Part shown: in pieces, positions 41,500-52,242 of the stretch | How positions within the stretch are numbered: the first letter of the stretch is position 1 | How the letters are laid out: each line of letters begins with the position of its first letter | Assembly: GCF_030684315.1 (NCBI RefSeq) | Contig: NC_081364.1 | Coordinates: 24,300,989-24,364,988, forward strand | Reading direction: 5' to 3' | DNA length: 64,000 nucleotides | Source: Stegostoma tigrinum | Taxonomy: Eukaryota | Translations under genes and position numbers: made by a program | Notes under the pieces: generated by a model | The model's input: the letters and a program-made list of their open reading frames with translations, nothing else | Told to the model about the DNA's origin: nothing | Database searches by the model: none

Positions 41500-42045
41500 C
41501 AATGTATCTCCTTCACATTCACAAGACCAACTGCAGAACAGGTGACCACTTAGAGGAACACTTCCACCATCTGTAAGAATGACCCTGACTATCTAGTTGC
41601 TCCCATGCTATCATTTTCATTGTGCTCAAACCGAGGCAGGGGTAACAACAACTCATATTTCACTTGGATAATTTACACCTCAAGGACTCAACATTGAATA
41701 CAACAACTACAGTGCACAACGTCTGCCCTTCATTTTGATTATTCCTTGGCCATGGTCTGGTTTGTTTCTTGTTGGCTTTCCTCTCAAAATTTTCCCCTTT
41801 TCACATCTTTCATTTGCACCCATTTCAGATCTCCACCATTCCTTTACCTACATCTACACTCCCTGACTTTCTGAGCACCTTCACCATCAGTTCCAGTAGA
41901 TCCTCCTCCTCAGCATCAAAATCACTTTCCAAACCCCTTCAATTCCAAAGAACATTAAATTCTATTTCTCTTTCTACTGATGCAGTCGGACCTGCTGAGT
42001 TTCACGAGTTTCGTTTTGTTTTTATTTCAAATCCGCAGTATGTTT
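41500..42045 (+). mobile_element. Old PLE 3' remnant (decayed GIY-YIG and pLTR) in TAMM41 intron 1
   Basis: ggtgaccacttagaggaacac and caacaactcatatttcacttgg resemble the GDRFAEHL and QQLIFRLG coding segments of the younger PLEs. Confidence 0.6.
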
Positions 42046-42169
42046 TCCTTTACCAGTGTCACTGTCACAAATCCACGTCCTAGTTTTGTACAAGTAATAA
42101 GGATACCACCCACCCCACCCCGAGAACAGCCCATGTTAGCACCTATTACACAGAGTCTCCCTGACTTAC

Positions 42170-42301
42170 ACTGGGGCCTGGGTGTCCTGTCTGTCCGAAC
42201 AGGCCAGAGCCGTAAGCGAAGGCCAGGCTCAAATCCCGGGGGAAATGAGCCAGGATCCTCCGCATCAATCCATTGTTGCTCTGCAACATCGGCAACGACA
42301 T
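42170..42301 (-). CDS. TAMM41: TAMM41 coding exon 1 (MSLPMLQSNNGLMRRILAHFPRDLSLAFAYGSGLFGQTGHPGPS)
   Basis: Manual translation, not in the ORF track. Contains the Tam41 LSLAFAYGSG motif; 132 nt; followed by a gtaagt donor. Confidence 0.95.
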
Positions 42302-42555
42302 AACGTCCCAAGCTACCACTCAGCCCCTTCGGCGATGGGCCTTTTTTAAAAAAACTTATAAAGGCCCAGGACCAGCCCCCGAAGTAAAGTTACGAGCCAG
42401 GCGGTTCCATAATGTCGGAGGGCCAGGGGGTGGGACGTGGGCTCCGCTCGCCGCCAGCCGCCAGCGCACTCACTGCTCCACCTTCCGGCAGGAGGAGCAA
42501 GCTGCAGCTCCCGCTGGCTGCGGCCAACAGGCAGAGGTTGAGAGGTAGCGGGGTG
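42170..42555. promoter_or_regulatory. CpG-rich promoter / 5' region of TAMM41
   Basis: Strong local GC and CpG enrichment over and upstream of exon 1; ETS-like CCGGAAG on the minus strand near 42482. Confidence 0.75.
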
Positions 42556-42640
42556 TAGACCTGGATGAACACAGCAGGCTAAGCAGCATCGTAGGAGCAG
42601 GAATGCTGACGTTTCAGGCCGAGACCCTTCTTCAGGAAAA
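42555..42640 (-). mobile_element. Short pLTR fragment with hammerhead motif at 42608-42635
   Basis: Minus strand reads CTGAAGAAGGGTCTCGGCCTGAAACGTC. Confidence 0.75.
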
Positions 42641-42783
42641 AGGCTGACCTTGGGGCTGAGGCTTGGTCAAAGGGTAGACAATGGCCAATGCAGCAAGTGG
42701 TCAAACAGAGTATGAAGGGGATAACAAAGCGTGAAGCTGGATGAACACATCAGGCCCAGCAGCATCTCAGGAGCACAAAAGCT

Positions 42784-42811
42784 GACGTTTCGGGCCTAGA
42801 CCCTTCATCAG
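42784..42811 (-). ncRNA. Minimal hammerhead motif
   Basis: Matches the family motif exactly. Confidence 0.78.
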
Positions 42812-43419
42812 AGAGGGGGATGGGGAGAGGGAACTGGAATCAATAGGGAGAGAGGGGGAGGCAGACCGAAGATGGAGAGAAAAGAAGATAGGTGGAGAAG
42901 AGAGTATAGGTGGGGAGGTAGGGAGGGGATAGGTCAGTCCAGGGAGGACGGACAGGTCAAGGAGGCGGGATGAGGTGGTAGGTAGGAAATGGAGGTGCGG
43001 CTTGAGGTGGGAGGAAGGGATGGGTGTGAGGAAGAACAGGTTAGGGAAGCAGAGACAGGCTGGGCTGGTTTTGTGATGCAGTGGGAGGAGGGGATGAGCT
43101 GGGCTGGTTTTGGGATGCATTGGGGGAAGGGGAGATTTTGAAGCTTGTGAAGTCCACGTTGATACCATTGGGCTGCAGGGTTCCCAAGCAGAATATGAGT
43201 TGCTGTTCCTGCAACCTTCGGGTGGCATCATTGTGGCACTGCAGAAGGCCCATGATGGACATGTTGTCTGAGGAACGGGAGGGGGAGTTGAAATGGTTTG
43301 CGACTGGGAGGTGCAGTTGTTTGTTGCGAACCGAGCAGAGGTGTTCAGCAAAGCGGTCCCCACCCTCCGCTTGGTTTCCCCAATGTAGAGGAAGCCACAC
43401 CGGGTGCAATGGATACAAT

Positions 43420-45086
43420 ATATCCACAAACCTGCCTGCCCTGGTCGACCCATTGTCTCAGCCTGTTCCTGCCCCACTGATCTTAACTCCGCCTATCTGG
43501 ACTCCATTTGCTCCACTTTGGTCCAGGAACTCCCCACCTACGTCCATGACACCACCCATGCCCTCCACCTCCTCCAGGACTTCCAATTCCCCGGCCCCCA
43601 ACACCTGAATTTCATCATGTACATCCAGTCCCTATACACCTGTGTTCCTCATGCAGATGGCCTCAAGGCCCTCCACTTCTTCCTGCCCCGCAGGCCCGAC
43701 CAATCCCCCTCCACCAACACCCTCATCCGCCTAGCCGAACTCGTCCTCACCCTCAACAACTTCTCTTTCGATTCCTCCCACTTCCTACAGACAAAGGGGG
43801 TGGCCATGGGTACCCGCATGGGCCCCAGCTATGCCTGCCTCTTTGTAGGTTACGTGGAACAGTCCCTCTTCCACACCTACACAGGCCCCAAACCCGACCT
43901 CTTCCTCCGTTACATTGATGACTGTATCAGCGCCACCTCTTGCTCCCCAGAGAGCTCCACTTTACCAACACCTTCCACCCCAACCTCAAGTTCACCTGGG
44001 CCATCTCCAACACATCCCTGACCTTCCTGGACCTCTCAGTCTCCATCTCAGGTAACCACCTAGAAACTGATGTCCATTTCAAGCCCACTGACTCCCACAA
44101 CAACCTAGAATACACCTTCTCCCACCCACCCTCCTGCAAAAATTCCATCTCCTATTCCCAATTCCTCCGCCTCCACCGCATCTGCTCCCAGGATGAGGCA
44201 TTCCACTCCTGCACATCCCAGATGTCCACGTTCTTCCGGGACTGCCACTTTCCCCCCACAGTGGTCAAGAACGCCCTTGACCGCGTCTCCCGCATTTCCC
44301 ACAACACATCCCTCACACCCCGCCCCCGCCACAACCGCCCCCAGAGGATTCCCCTCGTTCTCACATACCACCCCACCAACGTCTGGATACAACGTATCAT
44401 CCTCCGACACATCCGCCATCTACAATCCGAGCCCACCACCCAAGCCATTTTTCCATCCCCACCTTTGCCTTGTGGAGAGACCACGCTCTCCATGACTCCC
44501 TTGTTCGCTCCACACTCCCCTCAACCCCACCACACCCGACACCTTCCCCTGCAACCACAGGAAGTGTTACACTTGCCCCCACACCCCCTCCCTCACCCCT
44601 ATCCCAGGCCCCAAGGTGACCTTCCATATCAAGCAGATGTTCACCTGCACATCTGCCAATGTGGTATATTGTATCCATTGCACCCGGTGTGGCCTCCTCT
44701 ACATTGGGGAAACCAAGCGGAGGCTTGGGGACCGCTTTGCAGAACACCTCTGCTCGGTTCGCAACAAACAACTGCACCTCCCAGCCACGAACCATTTCAA
44801 CTCCCCCTCCCATTCCTCAGATGACATGTCCATCATGGGTGTCCTGCAGTGCCACAATGATGCCACCCGAAGGTTGCAGGAGCAGCAACTCATATTCCGC
44901 TGGGGAACCCTGCAGCGCAATGGTATCGATGTGGACGTCACAGGCTTCAAAACCTCCCCTTCCCCTACTGCATCCCAAAACCAGCCCAGCTCATCCCCTC
45001 CTCCCACTGCATCTCAAAACCAGCCCAGCTCCTCCCCTCCCTTCTCTGCATCCCAAAACCAGCCCCGCCTGTCTCTGCTTCCCTAA
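43420..45086 (+). pseudogene. PLE RT-GIY-YIG ORF with frameshifts (~43950, ~44470)
   Basis: IHKP..PGRPIVS, SLYTCVP, GVAMGTRMGPSYACLF, FLRYIDD; VVYCIHCTRCGLLYIGETKRRLGDRFAEH; C-terminal 13-aa repeats. Confidence 0.93.
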
Positions 45087-45316
45087 CCTGTTCTTCCTCT
45101 CACCCATCCCTTCCTCCCACCCCAAGCCGCACCCCCATCTCCTACCTCCTAACCTCATCCCACCTCCTTGACCTGTCCATCTTCCCTGGACTGACCTATC
45201 CCCTCCCTACCTCCCCACCTATACTCTCCTCTCTACCTACCTTCTTTTCTCTCCATCTTTGGTCCGCCTCCCCCTCTCTCCCTATTTATTCCAGTTCCCT
45301 CTCCCCATCCCCCTCT

Positions 45317-45344
45317 CTGATGAAGGGTCTAGGCCCGAAACGTC
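45317..45344 (+). ncRNA. Minimal hammerhead motif
   Basis: CTGATGAAGGGTCTAGGCCCGAAACGTC. Confidence 0.78.
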
Positions 45345-45774
45345 AGCTTTTGTGCTCCTGAGATGCTGCTTGGCTTGCTGTGTTCATCCGGCTCCACACT
45401 TTGTTATCTTGGATTCTCCAGCATCTGCAGTTCCCATTATCACAGAGTATGAAGGAGAATTTGGAAATCTTATATCCGTGCCCCCACTACTGATGCCGTC
45501 CTACTGAAATTTCACTTTTACATAGCACCTTCTAACTTAATAAAATGAATACTCATAACAGAAGGGTTATAAAGTAAAAGTTGACGTCAAGCAACAAAGG
45601 GTGATATGAAACAAATACACAAACCTTGGTTAAAGATGTAAACATTAAGGAGCTGCTCCAGCATGTGAAGAGAAGTAGAGAAGACCATGGGGGAAATTCC
45701 TGAGCTCATCCTGCCTAATTAAGTTGTCTTCCCAACTGAAACAGTGGAAGATTAAGCTCTATGACTTTAAAATT

Positions 45775-46257
45775 CATCCATTCACAGTATGTGGGCATCA
45801 TTGGCTAGGCCAACATCTGTTACACACCTCTAATTCTTTTTATTTATTCTTGGGACATGGGCATCACTGACAGGCCAGCATTTTACTTTCTGTCCCTAGT
45901 TGCCTTCGAGAAGGTAGTGATGACCTGCCTTCTCGAACCATTGCAGCCCATGTGCTGTCGTTTGCACCACAATATCATGGGGGCTGGGGGCAATTCCAGG
46001 ATTTTGGCCCAGCAACAGTGAAGGAATGGCAACATACTTTCAAGTCAGGATGATGAGTGGTTTGGAGGGGAACTTGCTACCTGCTACCTTTATCCTTTTA
46101 GATGGAATGGTTATGTTTTTGGTAGGTGCTATCTATGGATCTTTGATGAATTTCTGCGTGCATCCTGTAGACAGTACATATTGCTGCTACTGAGTGTTGG
46201 AGGTGGAGGGAGTTGATGCTTTTGGCTATGATACCAATCAAACAGGCTGCTTCGTCT
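45775..46257 (-). mobile_element. Old LINE 3' end; continues after the CR1 insertion as the tandem array, to ~48500
   Basis: Same family as 13720 and 36775; the array unit resembles ~63170-63275. Confidence 0.65.
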
Positions 46258-47096
46258 TAGAACATAGAACATAGAAGATAGAACAGTACAGCACAGAACA
46301 GGCCCTTCAGCCCACAATGTTGTGCCGACCATTGATCCTCATGTATGCACCCTCAAATTTCTGTGACCTATACATGTCCAGCAGTCTCTTAAATGACCCC
46401 AATGACCCTGCTTCCACAACTGCTGCTGGGAACGCATTCCATGCTCTCACAACTCTCTGCGTAAAGAACCTGCCTCTGACATCCCCTCTATACTTTCCAC
46501 CAACCAGCTTAAAACTATGACCCCTTGTGCTAGCCATTTCTGCCCTGGGAAATAGTCTCTGGCTATCAACTCTATCTATGCCTCTCATTATCTTGTATAC
46601 CTCAATTAGGTCCCCTCTCCGCCTCCTTCTCTCCAATGAAAAGAGACCGAGCTCAGTCAACCTCTCTTCATAAGATAAGCCCTCCAGTCCAGGCAGCATC
46701 CTGGTAAACCTCCTCTGAACCCTCTCCAAAGCATCCACATCTTTCCTATAATAGGGCGCCCAGAACTGGACGCAGTATTCCAAGTGCGGTCTAACCAAAG
46801 TTTTATAGAGCTGCAACAAGATCTCACGACTCTTAAACTCAATCCCCCTGTTAATGAAAGCCAAAACACCATATGCTTTCTTAACAACCCTGTCCACTTG
46901 GGTGGCCATTTTAAGGGATCTATGTATCTGCACACCAAGATCCCTCTGTTCCTCCACGCTGCCAAGAATCCTATCCTTAATCCTGTACTCAGCTTTCAAA
47001 TTCGACCTTCCAAAATGCATCACCTTGCATTTATCCAGGTTGAACTCCATCTGCCACCTCTCAGCCCATCTCTGCATCCTGTCAATGTCCCGCTGA
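46258..47096 (-). mobile_element. Young 5'-truncated CR1 LINE
   Basis: Uninterrupted 256-aa ORF2 C-terminus (46307..47077: WQMEFNLDKC, LVRPHLEYC, TRGHSFKL) and a tagaaca repeat tail. Confidence 0.95.
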
Positions 47097-48468
47097 ATGG
47101 ACTCATCAGAGCAGCTGGGGAGTATTCCGCAAAACTATTAAGTTATGCTTTTGAGACAGACTTTGAGAGTCAGGAAGTGGGTTAGTCACCAAGGGATTGG
47201 TGGCCTCTGACCTGCTCTTATAACCATTGTATTTCTGTGGTTAATTCAGTTCATTTTCTGGTCAATGGTAATACTTGTAATGTTCATAATGGAGGAATCA
47301 GTGCTGTTAATGTCATTGAATTTCCAGAGATAATGGTTAGGTTTTCCTTTGTTAGAGATGATCATTACCTGCCATTTGTTTGTATAATTTGCCACTTTTT
47401 AGCCCAAGTCTGGATACAGTCTTGAATGATGGCAAGCTTGTTGAGATGGACTCATCAGAGCAACTGGGGAGTATTCCACAAAACTATTAAGTTATGCTTT
47501 TGAGACAGACTTTGAGAGTCAGGAAGTGGGTTAGTCACCAAGGGATTGGTGGCCTCTGACCTGCTCTTATAACCATTGTATTTCTGTGTTTAATTCAGTT
47601 CATTTTCTGGTCAATGGTAATACTTGTAATGTTCATAATGGAGGAATCAGTGCTGTTAATGTCATTGAATTTCCAGAGATAATGGTTAGGTTTTCCTTTG
47701 TTAGAGATGATCATTACCTGCCATTTGTTTGTATAATTTGCCACTTTTTAGCCCAAGTCTGGATACAGTCTTGAATGATGGCAAGCTTGTTGAGATGGAC
47801 TCATCAGAGCAACTGGGGAGTATTCCACAAAACTATTAAGTTATGCTTTTGAGACAGACTTTGAGAGTCAGGAAGTGGGTTAGTCACCAAGGGATTGGTG
47901 GCCTCTGACCTGCTCTTATAACCATTGTATTTCTGTGGTTAATTCAGTTCATTTTCTGGTCAATGGTAATACTTGTAATGTTCATAATGGAGGAATCAGT
48001 GCTGTTAATGTCATTGAATTTCCAGAGATAATGGTTAGGTTTTCCTTTGTTAGAGATGATCATTACCTGCCATTTGTTTGTATAATTTGCCACTTTTTAG
48101 CCCAAGTCTGGATACAGTCTTGAATGATGGCAAGCTTGTTGAGATGGACTCATCAGAGCAACTGGGGAGTATTCTACAAAACTATTAAGTTATGCTTTTG
48201 AGACAGACTTTGAGAGTCAGGAAGTGGGTTAGTCACCAAGGGATTGGTGGCCTCTGACCTGCTCTTATAACCATTGTATTTCTGTGGTTAATTCAGTTCG
48301 TTTTCTGGTCAATGGTAATACTTGTAATGTTCATAATGGAGGAATCAGTGCTGTTAATGTCATTGAATTTCCAGAGATAATGGTTAGGTTTTCCTTTGTT
48401 AGAGATGATCATTACCTGCCATTTGTTTGTACAATTTGCCACTTTTTAGCCCAAGTCTGGATACAGTC
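47097..48468. repeat. Tandem array, 349-bp unit, about 4 copies (first copy lacks 24 bp)
   Basis: Unit ends at 47421, 47770, 48119 and 48468; only a few substitutions between copies. Confidence 0.97.
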
Positions 48469-48561
48469 CAGGGTTTGCTACATTTGGACTTGGACTACTC
48501 AACATTGGCAGCAATGAAAGTTAAATGGGAAATGTTTAATGGCACTTCCAGTCTTATTCTA

Positions 48562-48737
48562 TAAGTGTAGCACTTCCTGCGGTTGCAGGGGAAGGTGCCG
48601 GGTGTGGTGGGGTTGGAGGGGAGTGTGGAGCGGACAAGGGAGTCGCGGAGACAGTGGTCTCTCTGGAAGGCAGACAAGAGTGGGGATGGAAAAATGGCTT
48701 GGGTGGTGGGGTCGGATAAGTTTGTTGCGAACCGCTG
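48562..48737 (-). mobile_element. Internal PLE fragment (RT-endonuclease linker)
   Basis: RDHCLRDSLVRSTLP...PGTFPCNRRKCYT; homologous to ~44425-44575. Confidence 0.85.
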
Positions 48738-49087
48738 ACATGCAATTAAATATCCATGAAAGTAGGTACACAGAAAAAAGCAGGAGTAATTCTCAAGATT
48801 CTAGGAAATCCAAGATAGAAGGTGGGAAAAAAATGTGACTGTAACAGCTGCTCCTTTTTTGAGGTCTTTTCAGTGTTGGAACTGAATTTATCCAATTCCA
48901 GGAACCATAATTACTGTTTTATAAGCTGTTGCACTGTTTCAGAAATTTGGGCAAGAAGAAATCGAAACAAAGGCACTTTAAAAAGGAGGAAGAGATACAA
49001 AGCAGCGACCACATGGGAAGTGAAACAAATCGAGAATTAAACCTGTCTGACCTAGCAGTGAACCTGCACAGCTGACTGCCCTCTGCT

Positions 49088-49620
49088 CAGAGATAGTAAG
49101 AACTGCCGATGCTGGAGTCAGAGATAACACAGTTATCCAGTGAAGCTGGAGGAACACAGCAGGCCAGGCAGCATCAGAGGAGCAGGAAAGCTGACGTTTC
49201 GCGTCAGGACCCTTCTTCAGAAATGGGGGAGGGTGAAGGGGGGTCTGAAACGAATAGAGAGAGAGGGGTGGGGCTGAGAAAGGTAGGTGGAATGCTGATA
49301 AGTGAGTGCAGGTAGGCAGTGGTGGGGATTGGTCAGTGAGGTGGGAGGAGCGGATAGGTAGAAGAGAAGACAGACAGGTCAAGGACGCAGGAATGAGAGG
49401 GAGGGTTGGTCATGGGTTGAGGCTGAGGTCGGAAGATTTTGAAATGAGTAAAGTCCACATTGAGACCATGGGGTTGAAGGCTCCCAAGGCAGAATATGAG
49501 GGCTGCTTCTCCAGTTTCCAGGTGGCGTCGTTGTGACATTGGAGGAGACCCAGGGTAGACATGTTGCCCAGGGAGTGGGAGGGGGAGTTGAAGTGGTTTG
49601 CGACTGGAAGGTGTTGTTGT
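49088..49620 (-). mobile_element. PLE 3' fragment of a second subfamily, hammerhead at 49193-49220
   Basis: HLPVANHFNSPSHS...; CTGAAGAAGGGTCCTGACGCGAAACGTC. Confidence 0.85.
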
Positions 49621-50872
49621 TTGACGCATTTGCAGCAGTTAGAAGCAATGATGAATTTACAGGAGCAAGGGGGTATGATGGATGGCAGTCGCAGGCAGGG
49701 CGACAAACTGAACATACAGTCAGGTAGATGGGTTACCTCCAGGAGAGATAGGAGGGGTAGGCAGATAGTGCAGGAGTCTCCTGTGGCTATGTTCATCACA
49801 AACAAGTATGATGTTTTGGAAAATGTAGGAGGTGATGGACTCTCAGGGAAATGTAGCACAGACAGCCAGGGTTCCGGTACTGAGGCTGGCTCTCATGTAA
49901 CAAGGGTTATATCAGGTTCCAAGCGATCATTTGTGATAGGGGAGTCTCTATTCAGAGGCACAGACAGACTCTTCTGCAGTTGATGGCAAGACATCAGAAT
50001 AGTGTGTTGCCTCCCTGCAGCCAGGATCGAAGATATCTGAGAGAGGGTGCAGAATAATCTCAAAGGGGAGAGGGACCAGTGGGAGATTGTTGTGTACATT
50101 GGAACTAATGACACAGGAATAGAAAAAGACAAGATTCTGAGGAGACAATATAGAAAGTTCGGCAGGAATTTAAAATGTAGGTCCTTGAAGCTAGTAATAT
50201 CTGGATTACTTCGGGTGTCACGTTCTAGTGAGGGTAGAAATAGGAGGATAGAGTAGATGAATGCATGAATGCATGGCTGAGGAGCTGGTGCAGGGGAGAA
50301 GAATTCACATTTTTGGATCATAGGAATCTCTCCTGGTGTAGAAGTGTAAGGAAGGACGGATTGCACCTGAATTGGAAGAGGTCTAATGTATTGCCGGAGA
50401 GATTTGCTGGTGCTGTTTGGGAGGATTTAAACCAGTAAGGGGGGAGGGGTGGGATCCAGGGAGAGAGTCAGGAAAGAGATCAGTCTGGTACAATTGGGAA
50501 AAGGAGCAAGTCAAACAGTCAGGGCAGGCAGAAACAAAGCAAAGACTGAGGTAGGATTGATAATTTAAACTGCATTTATTTCAATGCAAGAGGCCTAACA
50601 GGTAAGGCAGACAAACTCAGGGCATGGTTGGGAATGTGGGACTGGGATATCATAGCAATTGCAGAGACATGTCTCAGGAATGGACAGGACTGGCAGCTTA
50701 ATGTTCCAGGGTATAGATGCGATAGGAAGAATTGAAAGTGGCAACAAGGGAGGAGGGAGAGTGGTGCTTTTGATGAGGGATAATATTACGGCTGTACTTC
50801 AGGAGAATATTCCTGGGAATATGCCCAGGGAGGTTATTTGGGTGGAACTGAGAAATTTGAAAGGGATGATCA

Positions 50873-52242
50873 GAGATAATGGGGACTGCAGATGCTGGAG
50901 AATCCAAGACAACAAAGTGTGAAGCTGGATGAACACAGCAGGCCAAGCAGCATCTCAGGAGCACAAAAGCTGATGTTTCGGGCCTAGACCCTTCATCAGA
51001 AAAGGCGGATGGGGAGAGGGAACTGGAATAAATAGGGAGAGAGGGGGAGGCAGACTGAAGATGATAGACGAGAAGATAGGTGGAGAGGAGAGTATAGGTG
51101 GGGAGCTGGGGAGGGGATAGGCAGTTCGGGGAGGACGGACAGGTCAAGGAGGCAGGATGAGGTTAGTAGGTGGGAAATGGAGGTGTGGCTTGATGTGGGA
51201 GGATGGGATAGGTGAGAGGAAGAACAGGTTAGGGAGGTGGGGACATGCTGGGCTGGTTTTGGGATGCAGTGGGGGAAGGGGAGATTTTGAAGCTTGTGAA
51301 GTCCACATTGATACCATTGGGCTTCAGGGTTCCCAAGGGGAGTATGAGTTGCTGTTCCTGCAACCTTCGGGTGACATCATTGTGGCACTGCAGGAGGCCC
51401 ATGATGGACATGTTGTCTAAGGAATAGGAGGGGGAGTTAAAATGGTTTGCGTGGGGAGGTGGGGAGGGGATAGGTCAGTCCGGGGAGGACGGACAGGTCA
51501 AGGAGGCAGGATGAGGTTAGTAGGTGGGAAATGGAGGTGTAGTATACTATATCCACTGTACCCGGTGTGGGTTCCTCTACGCTGGGGAAACCAAGCAGAG
51601 GCTTGGCGACCGCTTTGCAGAACACCTCTGCTTGGTTCACAACAAACAACTGCACCTCCCAGTCGCGAACCATTTTAACTCTCCCTCCCATTCCTTAGAC
51701 GACATGTCCATCATGGGCCTCCTGCAGTGCCACAATGATGCCACCCGAAGGTTGCAGGAACAGCAACTCATATTCCGCTTGGGAACCCTGCAGCCCAATG
51801 GTATCAATGTGGACTTCACAAGCTTCAAAATCTCCCCTTCCCCCACTGCATCCCAAAACCAGCCCAGCTCGTCCCCTCCCCCCATTGCATCCCAAAACCA
51901 GCCCAGCTCATCCCCACCTCCCTAACCTGTTCTTCCTCTCACCTATTCCCCCCCCCACCTCAAGCCACACCTCCATTTCCCCCCTACTAAACTCATCCTG
52001 CCTCCTTGACCTGTCCGTCCTCCCCGGACTGACCTATCCCCTCCCCACCTCCCCACCTATACTCTCCTCTCCACCTGTCTTCTCATCTATCATCTTCGGT
52101 CCGCCTCCCCCTCTCTCCCTATTGATTCCAGTTCCCTCACCCCATCCTCCTCTCTGATGAAGGGTCTAGGCCCGAAACGTCAGCTTTTGTGCTCCTGAGA
52201 TGCTGCTTGGCCTGCTGTGTTCATCCAGCTTCACACTTTGTT
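50873..52242. mobile_element. Fold-back PLE nested in CR1 (minus arm to ~51540, plus arm from ~51540)
   Basis: 19-bp TSD aattt(g/a)aaagggatgatca at 50854-50872 and 52243-52261; GIY-YIG fragments on both strands; hammerheads at 50972-50999 (-) and 52154-52181 (+). Confidence 0.93.
52154..52181 (+). ncRNA. Minimal hammerhead motif
   Basis: Matches the family motif exactly. Confidence 0.78.

Larger units (their letters stand above)
42719..45441 (+). mobile_element. Penelope-like retroelement, 5'-truncated, with inverted 3' arm (42719 to ~43420 on minus)
   Basis: 14-bp TSD acagagtatgaagg at 42705-42718 and 45442-45455; RT and GIY-YIG coding region; hammerheads at 42784-42811 (-) and 45317-45344 (+). 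Confidence 0.95.

Noticed and set aside
42027-42311. 94-aa minus-strand ORF over the TAMM41 start
   Set aside because: Wrong frame; the real exon 1 is 42301-42170 and ends at a splice donor.
43404-45086. Bacterial retron, group II intron or telomerase RT, or a domesticated gene
   Set aside because: RT plus C-terminal GIY-YIG, pLTRs and a TSD identify a Penelope-like element; the ORF is frameshifted and truncated.
46307-47077. Intact 256-aa protein-coding gene
   Set aside because: It is the C-terminus of CR1 ORF2 in a 5'-truncated copy.
47097-48468. CRISPR-like array, or four tandem 62-aa genes (MVNSVHFLVNG...)
   Set aside because: No repeat-spacer structure; whole 349-bp units repeat. The ORFs have non-ATG starts and lie antisense to decayed LINE sequence.
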